Of a DNA stretch of 64,000 bases, positions 36,937 through 48,893 are shown in pieces; the stretch's first letter is position 1, and each line of letters starts with the position of its first letter. The position numbers and the translations under genes are program-made. The stretch lies in the NCBI GenBank assembly GCA_051362555.1, contig CM120640.1, forward strand, positions 8,556,001-8,620,000, given 5' to 3'. Source of the DNA: Lingula anatina. Taxonomy: Eukaryota > Animalia > Brachiopoda. The notes under the pieces were generated by a model, which saw only the letters and a program-made list of their open reading frames with translations, was not told the origin of the DNA and made no database searches.

Positions 36937-38270
36937 ATGGCAAGATAACTGTGCAGTTTTTTCTTTTTATTCACACTACTAGGACTTGATATTCAAATGT
37001 ATTTGGATAAGGGGCCAGTTTTGTGTTTCAAAAAAAAAAAGCAACTGCTTTTGGTGCTTGCTTTGAGTGGCTAGCAAACCAAATAGGGTAAAGCTTTATC
37101 TACCTGAGTACTGTATATTGTGCTCTAAACAATTGACTTGTATTACCAATGGGAGCTGGATATACTTACAGCTAATGTGCCCTTAGAAGCTCAGTGCTTT
37201 AAATGATGACATGGTCATTGTATTACTATTAGATGTAAAAGAAAAGTGTCTATGTTGTTGTCAAACATATTAATAGCGATCAACATTTTAAAAGTCAAGT
37301 TTAAGATTGGTTTTTCATATCCAAAGTTTATATGGATTCAGTTGATTTTATTTAATTACTTTGGGCAGAGAGATGTATATTTAGACCCAATTATAACCAA
37401 ATTTAATTTATAAGATTTTTCTGTTGTGTTAGGTGTGCTCTTTTGATGTTAAATGGATTCATGTGAGGGCAATTCAGTCATTTTATAGTCTACTCCCTTT
37501 GATTATTGCATTTAAAAAAGTCACACTACAACACATCAAGACATTCCAGATTTTTATTTGATCACAAAATCACAACAAAATAGTAAGGATCTGATGAGCA
37601 TTTGATGCTTATGCCAGCTAATTGCATTTGTTATAGATATGCGTTTTGTTGCAAAATGGAGCGTTCAATTTACTATTCGTTCTCTTCATTTTGTTTCAAT
37701 ATTCAAATGACCTACAGACTAGAATCGTGGCATTAATGTTTGACATGTCAGTCAACATTGTATGCAATATTTGCCTATTCCTAACGAACCCTGCGAAATA
37801 AAATGTTTGTACAAATCAGTACATTAGTTTTCGTGTTTACTTGTGATGCAAAGGTTTCACGATTTTTTTATGATCACACCGTCCACTCGGTGGAACAGAA
37901 CATGATATTGAGTCATTTTACACCAAGATGCCTTAAGTAATTGGCTTAGGTGACCAAGGAGTTACTCCTTGAGGTGACGAAGATCGAGAAAGAAGGACAG
38001 TATGACCCAACATCCAATACAGCTCTACCTCTACGAGCATTTTGTTCTATACAAGAGGAAATATTTGTACTTTTTTTCTTCAGTGTGAATGAAACTAGGA
38101 TCTTTTATGAGCTAGAGGCAACATCATAAAGTAGTATACAGTGTCATTTCACTGAATTATAATTATATAGATGAAAGTCATAAGTCCGGGACGTTTTTAT
38201 CACCCACCCGCTCCTCTCTTTTTTAGATAAAAAAACTGAAACAAATATAGACTGAAAACAGTGCCATTAG

Positions 38271-39170
38271 CTAGTTTCGCTCTAATGATTCATTAATGGG
38301 TATGTTGCCATTAAAGTGTTTTTCGGCTGGAGGAATGTTCACTCCAAAGACAGCAATGATGATATTCATAAACAAAATAACAATAATGAAGAGTGTGGAT
38401 ATTGTGCTGCCGACGTGCCGCGCTCGGTTTCTCTGTCCGTTATTGTTCCACCAGTCACGTAATGCCACTTCGTACTCATCTCTGTGTTCGTAGTTGAGTC
38501 GATTTGGTGGGTCGTGCAGGTTTGTCATCGTCTGAAAAAAGACGAGCAATATCACTAATTTTACATAGATGCAACACATTTTAAAACGAGAAAAAGAAAA
38601 ACATAAATATATTTAAGAATGAACTAGATGAATGCGTTCACCATGGACGAAGTTATTTCTCTCTTTCCCTCAAACATCCTTTTGCACACACGTAACGTAG
38701 GCCTACCTCGTACCAAAGGAGAAGTGCCACTATCAACTGTAAAATAATAGATCCGATCAGCATGGAAACTTGTAATTCAAAGAACGGCTCCTGGCCTTTC
38801 AACTGCCATACCACCTTTAGCTGACTGGCATTAGCTGCGAGCAAAGCCTTGTCTAACAGCCTGGAGAAATGAAAGATATTAAATTTATACCATATAACAT
38901 TGTCAATACATGCATAGACACCAAAAATTCCGAAAGAATCTTTCTTTGAAGAACTCATAAAGCATGCATAAACGCAAACTGTTGCACAGAATATATGACA
39001 TCTTACCCCTGCGCAAACGTTTTCTTCTTCATATAGTGAGTGTAAGGCTCGTCAACATTTCTGCCTCGGAATACTCCCAAAAAAGAATGATTTTCGCCGG
39101 AGTTTTCATCCAAATTGTCGTTAAACTTTTCTGTGATTGACGTTTTCTCCTTGTTCTCTGTGTCGGCCAT
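38271..39170 (-). CDS. Ninjurin-family membrane protein, 192 aa
   Basis: Exons 39170-39007, 38860-38707, 38531-38271 (579 nt). HYMKKKTFAQGLLDKALLAANASQLK matches the ninjurin HYxxKKsxAxxxLDxALLxANAxQLK signature, followed by two TM helices ending NIIIAVFG. Confidence 0.9.
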
Positions 39171-40044
39171 ATTCCTATTTGAGCCAGGCTACCTGTATAT
39201 CTTGATGGTACACGAAGCGGTCAGCGAGCGTTTAGTTGGTGCACGTGTGAAAACAAACAAATCCCGAGTGTTGAGTAACTTATATATAAAATACTCCAGC
39301 GTTTCGTTTCTAAGCAGTTGCAGGCGTCTTGTTAGAGATGCTGCCGCATGTGATGTCTTGTTCATCACTGTTGTTGTGGGTTTTTCCTGCACTGATGGGC
39401 AGTCTATTAGGAAGTGAAGGAAAGAACAAATCCTGCTTCGCCCTGTCATCGAATAGGCGAGTGAGTCACGACCTCTCTTGCCAAAAGTAAAACCAACTAA
39501 GGCTATATATATATAAGTTTACATCCTGGTGGTAAAATTTTAAAATCCCTGATGACCACGATGTTTCATTTTCATATTTTAGTCATGGTAAATAGGCCTT
39601 ATATTATCTCAAACAATTTGTGAATACAAACTCAAATTCTTTCTTCTTCCGCGTTAGTTTCTCTTCGTCTTGAACACCTTTCAATTTTCATTCTAAAAGC
39701 CTATTCTAATACTGTATTTCAAAGATCTATCACTTTCTTCATCAAAACGTAATGAAAATGCTGCTCAAACAAATGAAAGCAAAAATTGCATTTTTTACGT
39801 TAAGTAATGATAAAAATACATTCATAATTGAACGCGTTAAAATATGTTAACAGTTTAATTGTGTGTTAAATACAATGCGCTTTTTAAAAGAAACGTTGCC
39901 TTGGCGTTATAAGCTTTGGATCTTCAATCTGCCTTTTAATGAATATCTCATTCGGGATGGTGGTGATAACAAAAAAGGATGCCAAAGTTGTTGGTCCTTA
40001 TACTGTTGTAATGCCAAAGAATTCCTTCATTCTCTACTTCGTCT

Positions 40045-40123
40045 GTTCTCCGGGACAAATAATAAGATCATGGAACGGACGGTTGGCATTTTCATAGGAA
40101 CTTTCGTGGAAAGCATGCCTTGA
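40045..40123 (+). pseudogene. 3' remnant of a third copy of the tandem secreted-protein gene
   Basis: FSGTNNKIMERTVGIFIGTFVESMP* aligns with the C-terminus of the 42178-43693 gene. Downstream sequence (40123 to ~41150) parallels 43693 to ~44900. No upstream exons found. Confidence 0.8.
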
Positions 40124-40340
40124 ACTGCAGCAATTGTTGGACCTTCTGTAATGAATTTTTCGGACCTTCTGTGGACAACCAATTCTGTAACAGCTACTGC
40201 TAAAACATATATTCACTTTTTCTGTCATTTATTCTTTATCTGGTGTTTGGCAAAAACACAAACAAATGTGTTGACACATCAAAATTGTGTTAGTTGAACT
40301 AATCACACGTAGCGCATCTGTTAGCAGGTGAGTGAAGTAT

Positions 40341-40506
40341 TAGGCCCGTATCCAACAATTTCAAAGGCGGCCGGTTCTTTTTCTGAAAAAGTGAACCTTT
40401 ACCATAAAATCCCCATGTACATTGTAGCTAGATCAAATTTTACCCAGAGCGGACCTTTTCCCAACAAAAGGGGAGGTTCTTTCGAACCCCCCTGGCTACG
40501 GGCCTG
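40341..40506. mobile_element. MITE (caggcccgtagccag family) with 5-bp TSD
   Basis: Termini taggcccgta / tacgggcctg; TSD agtat on both sides; absent from the paralogous tandem unit near 44.15 kb. Confidence 0.85.
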
Positions 40507-42177
40507 AGTATATAGGATCTTCAGTCCCTTTTTAAAACTGCTTATTCACCAACGCTGACAAGCCCCCTCCCCCCACCCCACCACCACCATCACGAAAGGG
40601 AATAAATGGCGAAACACAAAGTTGAAATGGATTATTTATATTTAAAAAAATCTTCCAAAGTATATCAACCCACGTGTGTTCATTTTTTTAAATGTTGTTC
40701 GGTTTTTTGACAAAAATAATATCAATCTACGAAAATGTCAAAATACTAGAAAATTTAAAAATAATGAATATTCAGAAGCCCCCATCACCCGCAAATTACC
40801 AACAAAATGCTGTGAATAAATGTTCTTTGACCTATGCCTCTCAGCTGACGTCATATCAATTCTTGCTATCAAGCCGTGTTAAGGACTACTGTGTACTACC
40901 CTCCCCTTTAGGTAAGTTGCAACAAACGAAGATAGTATTAAATGGTGCCTTCTAGCGTATACTTTCCGACACAGAGGAAGGGGGAGCGGGACAGAGGGGG
41001 GAAGGGATGGTTAAGGGAGACATTTGTAACATACTTGAAACAACAGTCGCAAACACACCGTGCAACATTCCATATGGTTATTCATTATGTGCGTTTATTC
41101 ATTAATCTAAGTTTTTTTTTTTTGCAAATTTTTGTACAATTCCAAAGTAATTTTTTTTAATTTGACTATTTACGAAATGAAAGCTGTGTCACAAGTTGCC
41201 AACAATAGGGTGCAAAAGGCACCCTGCAATTTCAGAATTGTCCTTGTTTCAACTCTATTTTATCGTAACTATTGACATAGCCATTTAAACTTCAAACGAG
41301 TGATATATGGATGTCCCATATGATACAGCAGCTGAGCTCCTACCATAGGATACAACATCAGACATTTGAAGTGTATAAAAACACTCTTTAATGTTATTCA
41401 TTAGAGCTGTGTAAATGTAGGCCTACATCAGGTTTTTCTCCTTGCATGACAAAGGAAATAATGTTCTTGGCTGATTTAGTGTACATTACTGCATTTTACA
41501 AAAATGTGGGATGTGACCATAAGGACCCCACTCTATATATGTTAAGCAGAATATTTCGCAAAGTGTTTCATAAAAATACATATGGTGTGTAAAACCACAT
41601 CAGCAAGTTCCTTTAATTTCAAATGAATAGGGTTCTGTAATTTATCTAAAGTGACTACATGTAGATCAAAAAGAATCGCACAACAAACAATTAAGGCTTT
41701 GAAATATACAGTAGATGTAAATTGTATAATAATAATTGTATAATATTAAATGCCGTATATTAAATGTTAAAACCAAACCCGACTTTATTTAAAGTTTAAG
41801 TAGTAACTATCTTTTAATATAACCATCCTGCATGCATATTTAATACAGAACTAACATACATGCACTACATTGTAACACCGTGATGTATCGTTTTATATTG
41901 TGAAAGAGTAGAAACATGACCATTAACGTCTTTTTGTTTCTCTAGGTCTTTATTTGTTTATTTATATTTAGGCTAACTTATTGATTCATTCATTTATTGT
42001 AAACTTGCTTAGCAAAAAAAAAAAAAAGGATTTTTTTTACCCATGGTCCCTTTATTCGTGGTTCAGTGTCCCCCTTCCTACAGCAAAATTCTCACTTCTA
42101 CACATAACTGATAGTAAAACATTTCTTTTCAGTCGGGAATTGGTCAAATAGCATAGCATTGGTTTTCAGCCGAGATA

Positions 42178-43693
42178 ATGCGATCACAAATTCAGTAAGA
42201 ACAATTTAACAATTTACTTAAATGTTAACATTTAATATTAAAAAAGTAAGACTTGTCAGTTTTATCTTCTTTTTTTTTCAGTCTGGAGAACACTCTTCTC
42301 GTGCTCTAAATTCACGTTATTTGATAAGCTATAAAATGTCTGTAGTAAATCAGAATAAATGAGTCTATTGAAATCATCCTTAAATAATGTATATTTGACA
42401 AGTTAATTTATATACACCTTTTTCACCCCAGATGTGCCGCGTTCTGGATATTGCTTGTGCAAGTACTGCTGACCACATCGAGGCAAGTTCCCAGAGCACT
42501 GCCTCACTACGACTACACGCTAACATACATCATGGACGGGGCTCCAGCAGTGGTTATAGATAACAGCAGTAGCATTGCCGAACATCACCAGCTGGCTGGG
42601 CGCTCCATGGCCGAAGCCATTGCCGAGGGAAAGAGGGCCACTCTATGGTTGAAGGTGTTTTACACAATTAATGTTGCAAGCTATTATAGTAAAACGTTAT
42701 CGTCAGGTTAACAAACCAAAAAATTCAAAACTGTGCTGCATGAGTGACAAAAATGTAACACGACAGAGATCGCGCGATCCCTGGCTAGATCCTCGTAGGC
42801 AGAGGGTTTTATTTGTATTTTTTGTATCATTTTTTTAAAAAATAGACCTTTTTTACATGAACCAAACGAGCAGCTGTCAAAATACCTTGTTATTTATATA
42901 TCTACCTTCAAAGATAATTTCACACCAGTCTATTGTAAAGAAACGTTGTGTTAATTGTAGGGAAAATATGGCATTGACTTCACAGACGTGGAGGATGAGG
43001 TTTACCTCGACGGTTCGAAAGCGGTCACGAGAAATAACCTGACATTCAAAGCGTTTGCACTGGACCCTCGAGCCCGTTATCGTCTCGTAACTGCCAGCAA
43101 TGGATATAGTGCGCAGTATTTCAATATACCACTCACGGATGCAGGTAAAGTTCTAGTTAGAATGAGCTATTACTTTTCGGATTTTCCAGCTCAAGTGAGA
43201 CAAATCGTTGTACGGCTGAATATTCTTTATTTCTTTTCAAAGTCCCCGAAAAGTATTCTATTAAAATCCCATATCACGACCTTTTGGCTTCCGGATATTT
43301 CACACTATAGTTATCTTGCTTTCAGGTTGGACATTAATAACAGATGAGGAATATCAGGCGAATGGTTCTTATACAGGCGTTATTCCTAAAAATTCCTACA
43401 TTCTGTACACCGACTACGTAATCCCCGTGTGTCCATACTGCCGCACCAGAGAAGGTTTTTTGCACTTTCCCTGTGGGAATATCTTCGGCACCACAACACC
43501 GTTGGTTATTCATTATGAAACCAAAAGTTTCCTTGCATTGGGGAATCCTATCATTATCGACTTTCTGGTTAGAGAGAGGACCTGGGGTGAGGGGGAAGCC
43601 AGCGCCGTGGGGTGGTTCTCCGGGACAAATAATAAGATCATGGAAAGGACAGTCCTCACTTTTCCAGGAACTTTTACAGAGAACACAACCTGA
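42178..43693 (+). CDS. Uncharacterised secreted protein, 263 aa (intact tandem copy)
   Basis: Exons 42178-42194, 42432-42654, 42961-43144, 43326-43693 (792 nt, phases 2/0/1). Signal-like N-terminus MRSQIQCAAFWILLVQVLLTTS. The exon structure is conserved in the paralogue at 45936-47677. Probable non-coding first exon ending ~40911. Confidence 0.88.
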
Positions 43694-43764
43694 ACTGCAG
43701 CTTTTGTTGGAGGTTCAGTATTGGATTTTCTCAAATTTTTTGTAGAAAACCAATTATGTGACAT

Positions 43765-43996
43765 TAAAATGTAAATTGTGATTCATCCAGTTGTGATGTT
43801 TAAAGGTAAAATTATTCACTCTAGTCTTGGACCTAAATAGAGTCTCTATTTAGGTCCAAGCTCTAGTACTAAACACTGACGTAGAGATTCCGACGTTTCG
43901 TCCTCATCCCAATGAAGATGTCCTTGGGATGAGGACGAAACGTTGTAATCTCTAATCTACGTCAATGTCCAGTGTTAGAGTTAATAATTTTACCTT
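43765..43996. mobile_element. Inverted pair of Penelope-like pseudo-LTR fragments with hammerhead-ribozyme remnants, 14-bp TSD
   Basis: Flanked by caattatgtgacat (43751-43764) and caattctgtgacat (43997-44010). Arms aaggtaaaattatt..gacgtttcgtcctcatcccaa / ttgggatgaggacgaaacgtt..aataattttacctt. Core: TGAAGA, stem II gtcct/aggac, GAAAC. Confidence 0.75.
43826..43860. mobile_element. 35-bp perfect palindromic micro-element with 7-bp TSD
   Basis: cttggacctaaatagag-t-ctctatttaggtccaag, flanked by ctctagt on both sides. It interrupts only one arm of the host inverted repeat. Confidence 0.85.
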
Positions 43997-45445
43997 CAAT
44001 TCTGTGACATAAACATCAATTATACATTACTGTATTTGTACCAGGAGTTTAGCTTTTAAGACAAGAACATGTTTTGACACATCAAAATTCTGTTAGTTGA
44101 ACCTGTCACACGTAGCACATCTCAATACACAACTGTAAGAAATAGTAGGAAGGAGGGTCTGCATTTTCCCCTTATAAGCACTGGAGTATCCATCAACTGT
44201 AACCCCTTCCCCCATTACCACCAACATCAACACCAACAGCAAAAACACCACCAACACTAACAACAACACCAAGAAAGGAAATAGACGGTGGTACACAAAG
44301 CACTGGGTTAATTAAAAGTGAAAAAAATGTTTTTTTTTCTCAATTTATATCCGCCCACGTCTATAACTTTTTGAAAGAATGTTCATTAGTTTTTAATTAA
44401 AAAGTATCATAATCCCTGCATTTATCAAAAATCGTGAAATCTAGAAAAAAATTGATATTCAGAAGCCCCCATCACCAGCAATGAGCAACAAAATGCATTT
44501 TTAAAATTTTAAAAATGTCATTTGAACGATACCTTATTAGCAGTTCTCTCTAAATCACCTTTTATCTAGGGTCACATGTGCTGCGCTCCCCTTTCGGTAA
44601 GTTGCGAGGAACGAAGGTAGAATTGAAAGGTGTCTTCTAGCGTATACCTTGAAAGACAGAGAGAGAGAGAGAGGGGTTGGAGGTAGGGGTAGAGAGGGGG
44701 AGGAATGTCTAAGGGAGATATTATTAAACAAACTTGTAACAGTCGCGCACAGTGCAACATTTACTACGTAAGTCAACATGTGATACCGTAATGAAAAGTA
44801 TTTTACGCTAGTATTAGCTAGTATGTATGAATTTGATTTCATTGTGAGCTTTATGCTGTATGGTATGTCCTTTTTGTGTAATATTGTAACTTTTGTATAA
44901 TTTCAAAGTAAACTGTTTCAGTTAACGCTGGTCGTATTGACGTACCGAAAACTGCCCCTCAAGTTTCGAATGAAAGTGTGGAAAACGCGTGAGGTATTTA
45001 TTAACGCATTAAAAGTGGAATGGCAGCATAAGAATCCCTCTCTGCATGTATTAGTCAGACTTAAGCAGGGTGCTTAATAAAAAAAATACCACTGCTGTCT
45101 AAAGCCACATAAGTACACTCCATTTACTTAAAATGAATCGGCCTATGTTATTTATCATATAGTGTATAGCTTAGGAAGAATCACATAAGAGACAATAAGC
45201 GTTTAGAAAATATGCGATGTAAGCAAGATTAAATTCGTAAATTCGTAAATTGAATGTTAAAACTAAGCCTTACAACGCTGATCGAAAAGGTGATGGGGAT
45301 CATCCGAGATAGCACTAAGTGTTGCTAAACAAAGTCTCGCAGGATCTGAAGTGGAGTGGAGTAAGAAATAATGACAGAATAGAAAGTGCGGTGCGACAAC
45401 GAATAAAAACCGACAGGTTTATCCACGGTTACTGGCATCTGGCTG

Positions 45446-45667
45446 GGCCCAGTTTCACCAACACTGGGTAGCGCATTGGATAAAATTGTTTTCTTCTTGA
45501 CAGTTATCATGAGGCTAGCCTCCCCTTTCACCCACTGGATAGCAATATCAGAGACAAAAATAAGAACCTAGCGTTTGGAAAACATTACTTTACACACAGG
45601 ATAACTGTTCAATGGATAGTGTCATCCATAGGATATCGCACTACCCTGTGTTGATGAAACTGGGTCC
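45446..45667. mobile_element. PIF/Harbinger-like MITE
   Basis: TIR ggccccagtttcaccaacac / gtgttgatgaaactgggtcc, with ctg adjacent to both ends. Exact boundaries are ambiguous by 1 bp. Confidence 0.6.
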
Positions 45668-45935
45668 TGGTTGATTTCTTTTAACAGTCTAATGCACAAC
45701 AGTACGAATGATGCATCGTTTTAGTCTCTCTCTCTCTTTCTCTCTCTTTGTTTTTTAGGCAAACTTGCCAAACAGAGCCAGGGAATTTCTCCATTAACCT
45801 CTTCTTTTTGCCCCACCCCCCTTCAACATCAAAATTCCCTAATTTGCTCATAAAATATTAAATAAACTGTAACATTTCTTTCCAGTTGGAAATTGTTTAA
45901 GTTGAATTCATAACCATTGGTCATAAGCCGACATA

Positions 45936-47677
45936 ATGCGATCGCAATTTCGGTAAGAATCAAGAAGAAATTTTCTAACATTATATTCTTATGTTAACAT
46001 TCCAGATAGATTGTCTTGTTAGATCCCTTTCTTGTTTATTATTATTATAAGTAGTAGTAGCAGTAGTAGTACTAATTATTTTGACATGACGCTTCCAGTA
46101 CACCACGACATTAAACAGGCGATAAAATAACTGTGGTTAATAAGAACTTGTTAACTTTATTGCAATTATAATCAATGATGTGTATATATATATTAGACAA
46201 GGTAATCTTTCTAGGATTTTTTTACCCAGAATAATTTGTAGATGTATTGCGCTCTGGGTGATACTGCTCGTGCAAGTACCACTGACCACATCGAAGCAAG
46301 TTTCCAGAGCGCTGTCCCACTACGACTATACGCTAACATTTATCATGGACGGGGCTCCAGCAGTGGTTATAGATAACAGCAGTAGCATTGCTGAATATCA
46401 TCAGCTAGCTGGTCGCTCCATGGCCGAAGCTATTGACGAGGGGAAGAGAGCTTCTCTATGGTTGAAGGTGTATTTAGCAATATTTTACATAATAGATATT
46501 GCAATCTATTACAGTAAAACGTTATCGCCAGGTTAATAAGACTGGGTTCCCATGCCTAGATCGATCCATCTGGATCGATCCAACCCCCTGGGGAGTCTCA
46601 CTATATTGCTATCAACTTAGCCGGCTTAAACGTCTGTCACTCTTACCCATAGCTAGGGGGTAAATATAATTGGCCCCTAACAGCTTATACCTATAAAGAA
46701 ACTTAATAATAGATCCCTATAAGGCAGAGGACTTCTTTCAAAACCATATGTATTATTTTAAGACTTTTTGCGCAAGTTCCCACTTTACATGAACCAAATG
46801 GAAAGTTTTCATATTACCTTTTTATTTATGTATAGGCCTACTTGTTTCTACCTGCATACATGGATTTAAACCAGGCTATTGTAACCAATGTTCCAATTGT
46901 AGGAAAAATATGGCATTGACTTCACAGACGTGGAGGATGAGGTTTACCTCGACGGTTCGAAAGCTGTCACGAGAAATAACCTGACATTCAAAGTGTTTGT
47001 ACTGGACCCTCGAGCGCGTTATCGTCTCGTGACTGCCAGCAATGGATATAGGGCGCAGTATTTCAATATACCACTCATAGATGCAGGTAAAGTTCTAGTT
47101 AGGACCTTGTACAAAGAGGCTTTTTTTACTGCTTAAGTGACCCTATAGTAAAGTATCATTTGCTCTTAATTGCTTATAAAGATTCTACCAAAATGCAACG
47201 TCACGTTATTTTGTATCAAGCGAATAGTATGCGGTGTCGTTTTTTTCCCTTTTTTTTTCGATAAAAGTGTGACGTCATGAGACATGGATTTATATCTTTT
47301 AGGCTGGGTGGTGATAACAAATGAAGATGTCCAAGCGAATGGTTCTTATACTGGTGTAATTCCCAAGAATTCTTACATCCTATAGTCTATACTCTGATTA
47401 CGTTATCCCCGTGTGTCCATACTGCCGCACTAATGGAGGTTATTGGCACTTTCCCTGTGGGAATATCTTCGGCACCACGGCCCCGCTGGTTATTCATTAT
47501 GAGACCAAAAGTTTCCTTGCCTTGGGGAATCCTACCATTATCGACTTCCTGGTAAGAGAGAAGAACTGGGGAGAGGGGAAAGCCAGCGCCGTTGGAAAGT
47601 TCTCTGGGATAAATAATAAGATCATGGCGCGAACGGTTCTCACTTTCCCAGCAACTTTTACAGAAAACACACCCTAA
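45936..47677 (+). pseudogene. Second full-length tandem copy of the secreted protein, disrupted by a 7-bp insertion and in-frame stop
   Basis: Exons 45936-45952, 46242-46467, 46903-47086, 47303-47677 mirror copy 1. In the last exon atc cta TAG (47383-47385) arises from a 7-nt insertion, and homology resumes in the +1 frame. Confidence 0.85.
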
Positions 47678-48893
47678 ACTGCAGCTTTTGTTGGGGTCTT
47701 ATCTTTAACGAACATTTCAGGACGACCTCTCTGAACCAATACTTTGAAATACACTGCTATCAACCCACTTGAGTTTTAGCAAAGAAAAACGCGATTAAAG
47801 AAATACAAGGGACATAATGACTGGCAGTCACATTATAGATTGCAGAAATTTAAATTTCGTAGTTTTGCAGTTGTGTTCAGGCCCTGTATTCCACCGTGAA
47901 AAAAAAATAAAAAGAAAAAACGTGACAATGCAATACTCTGCTAATATTGGGGATGGGTAAGATAATGGGTCTCGCATTTTGCAGTTCAATTACAACGCAG
48001 TAGCTTGGTTTATCATTATGTGGAGTTATCACGGTTTTTGTTTCCGTAAAATTCTGTTGCTCGTGACTCTCAATTCATACGTCAACACTACCGGATGCTG
48101 GATTTTGCTGAGGATCTCATTGAGGGGTACAGGGATCACAGTTTAAAATCACCAAATCACAAATCACAGTAAATAAAACTTTATTTAATATTTCATTGAA
48201 GATGAACACGAATCACCGAGCATAATTATATATTCGCTTCACGAAGGACGAGGAATAAAAAGCCGCATTCACGAGTCACAGGATGCAAAACCCAGTGGTG
48301 AGGCCAGGTGAAGCAAAGGGAAAAAATATAGTAGACGAGATTAACTGTGATAAGTGGGCACACTGATTGAAAATTACTTGTTTTGTGTGTGCACCCGGTA
48401 TGTGTGGGTGGGTCGGGGGGGGGGGGGGGGGGGGGGGGGAGGGGGTTAGGGAAGTAGGGGTACATGTACCTCCGAAACTGAGGTGAGGGTTGACACGTGG
48501 CTTGACCCACTGCGTACTCTCACTCCGTCATTGGGCAAAACCTGACGAACTTGTTCATCAACAAAGATATTCTTAATTATTAAATTGCACGAACTTCATG
48601 TGAGAGCAATGGAGGTATTGTTCTCACAAACTGCACCTTTTCTGAAGGAGAAAAACTGGGTGGAGGGACGTGCGTACATGTATTTGAGAACATTTTGTTT
48701 TATAACAGTGTGCCAAAACACGTGCGAACTGTTAGTCAGGACACTAACGTTTCGTAACTATGTGATAACAGGTCCCCACAAACTCGACGATAACATGCAG
48801 GCCAGCGTTTCAGTGACCACATAGATGATAAGAATTTGGTATTTAAATCCACGGAGTAGCGTCAATCTGTCACAACACCAAGACACCTGCACA

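Noticed and set aside
41772-41789. 18-bp exact match accaaacccgactttatt also at ~60728
   Set aside because: No flanking similarity; compatible with chance in 64 kb of AT-rich DNA.
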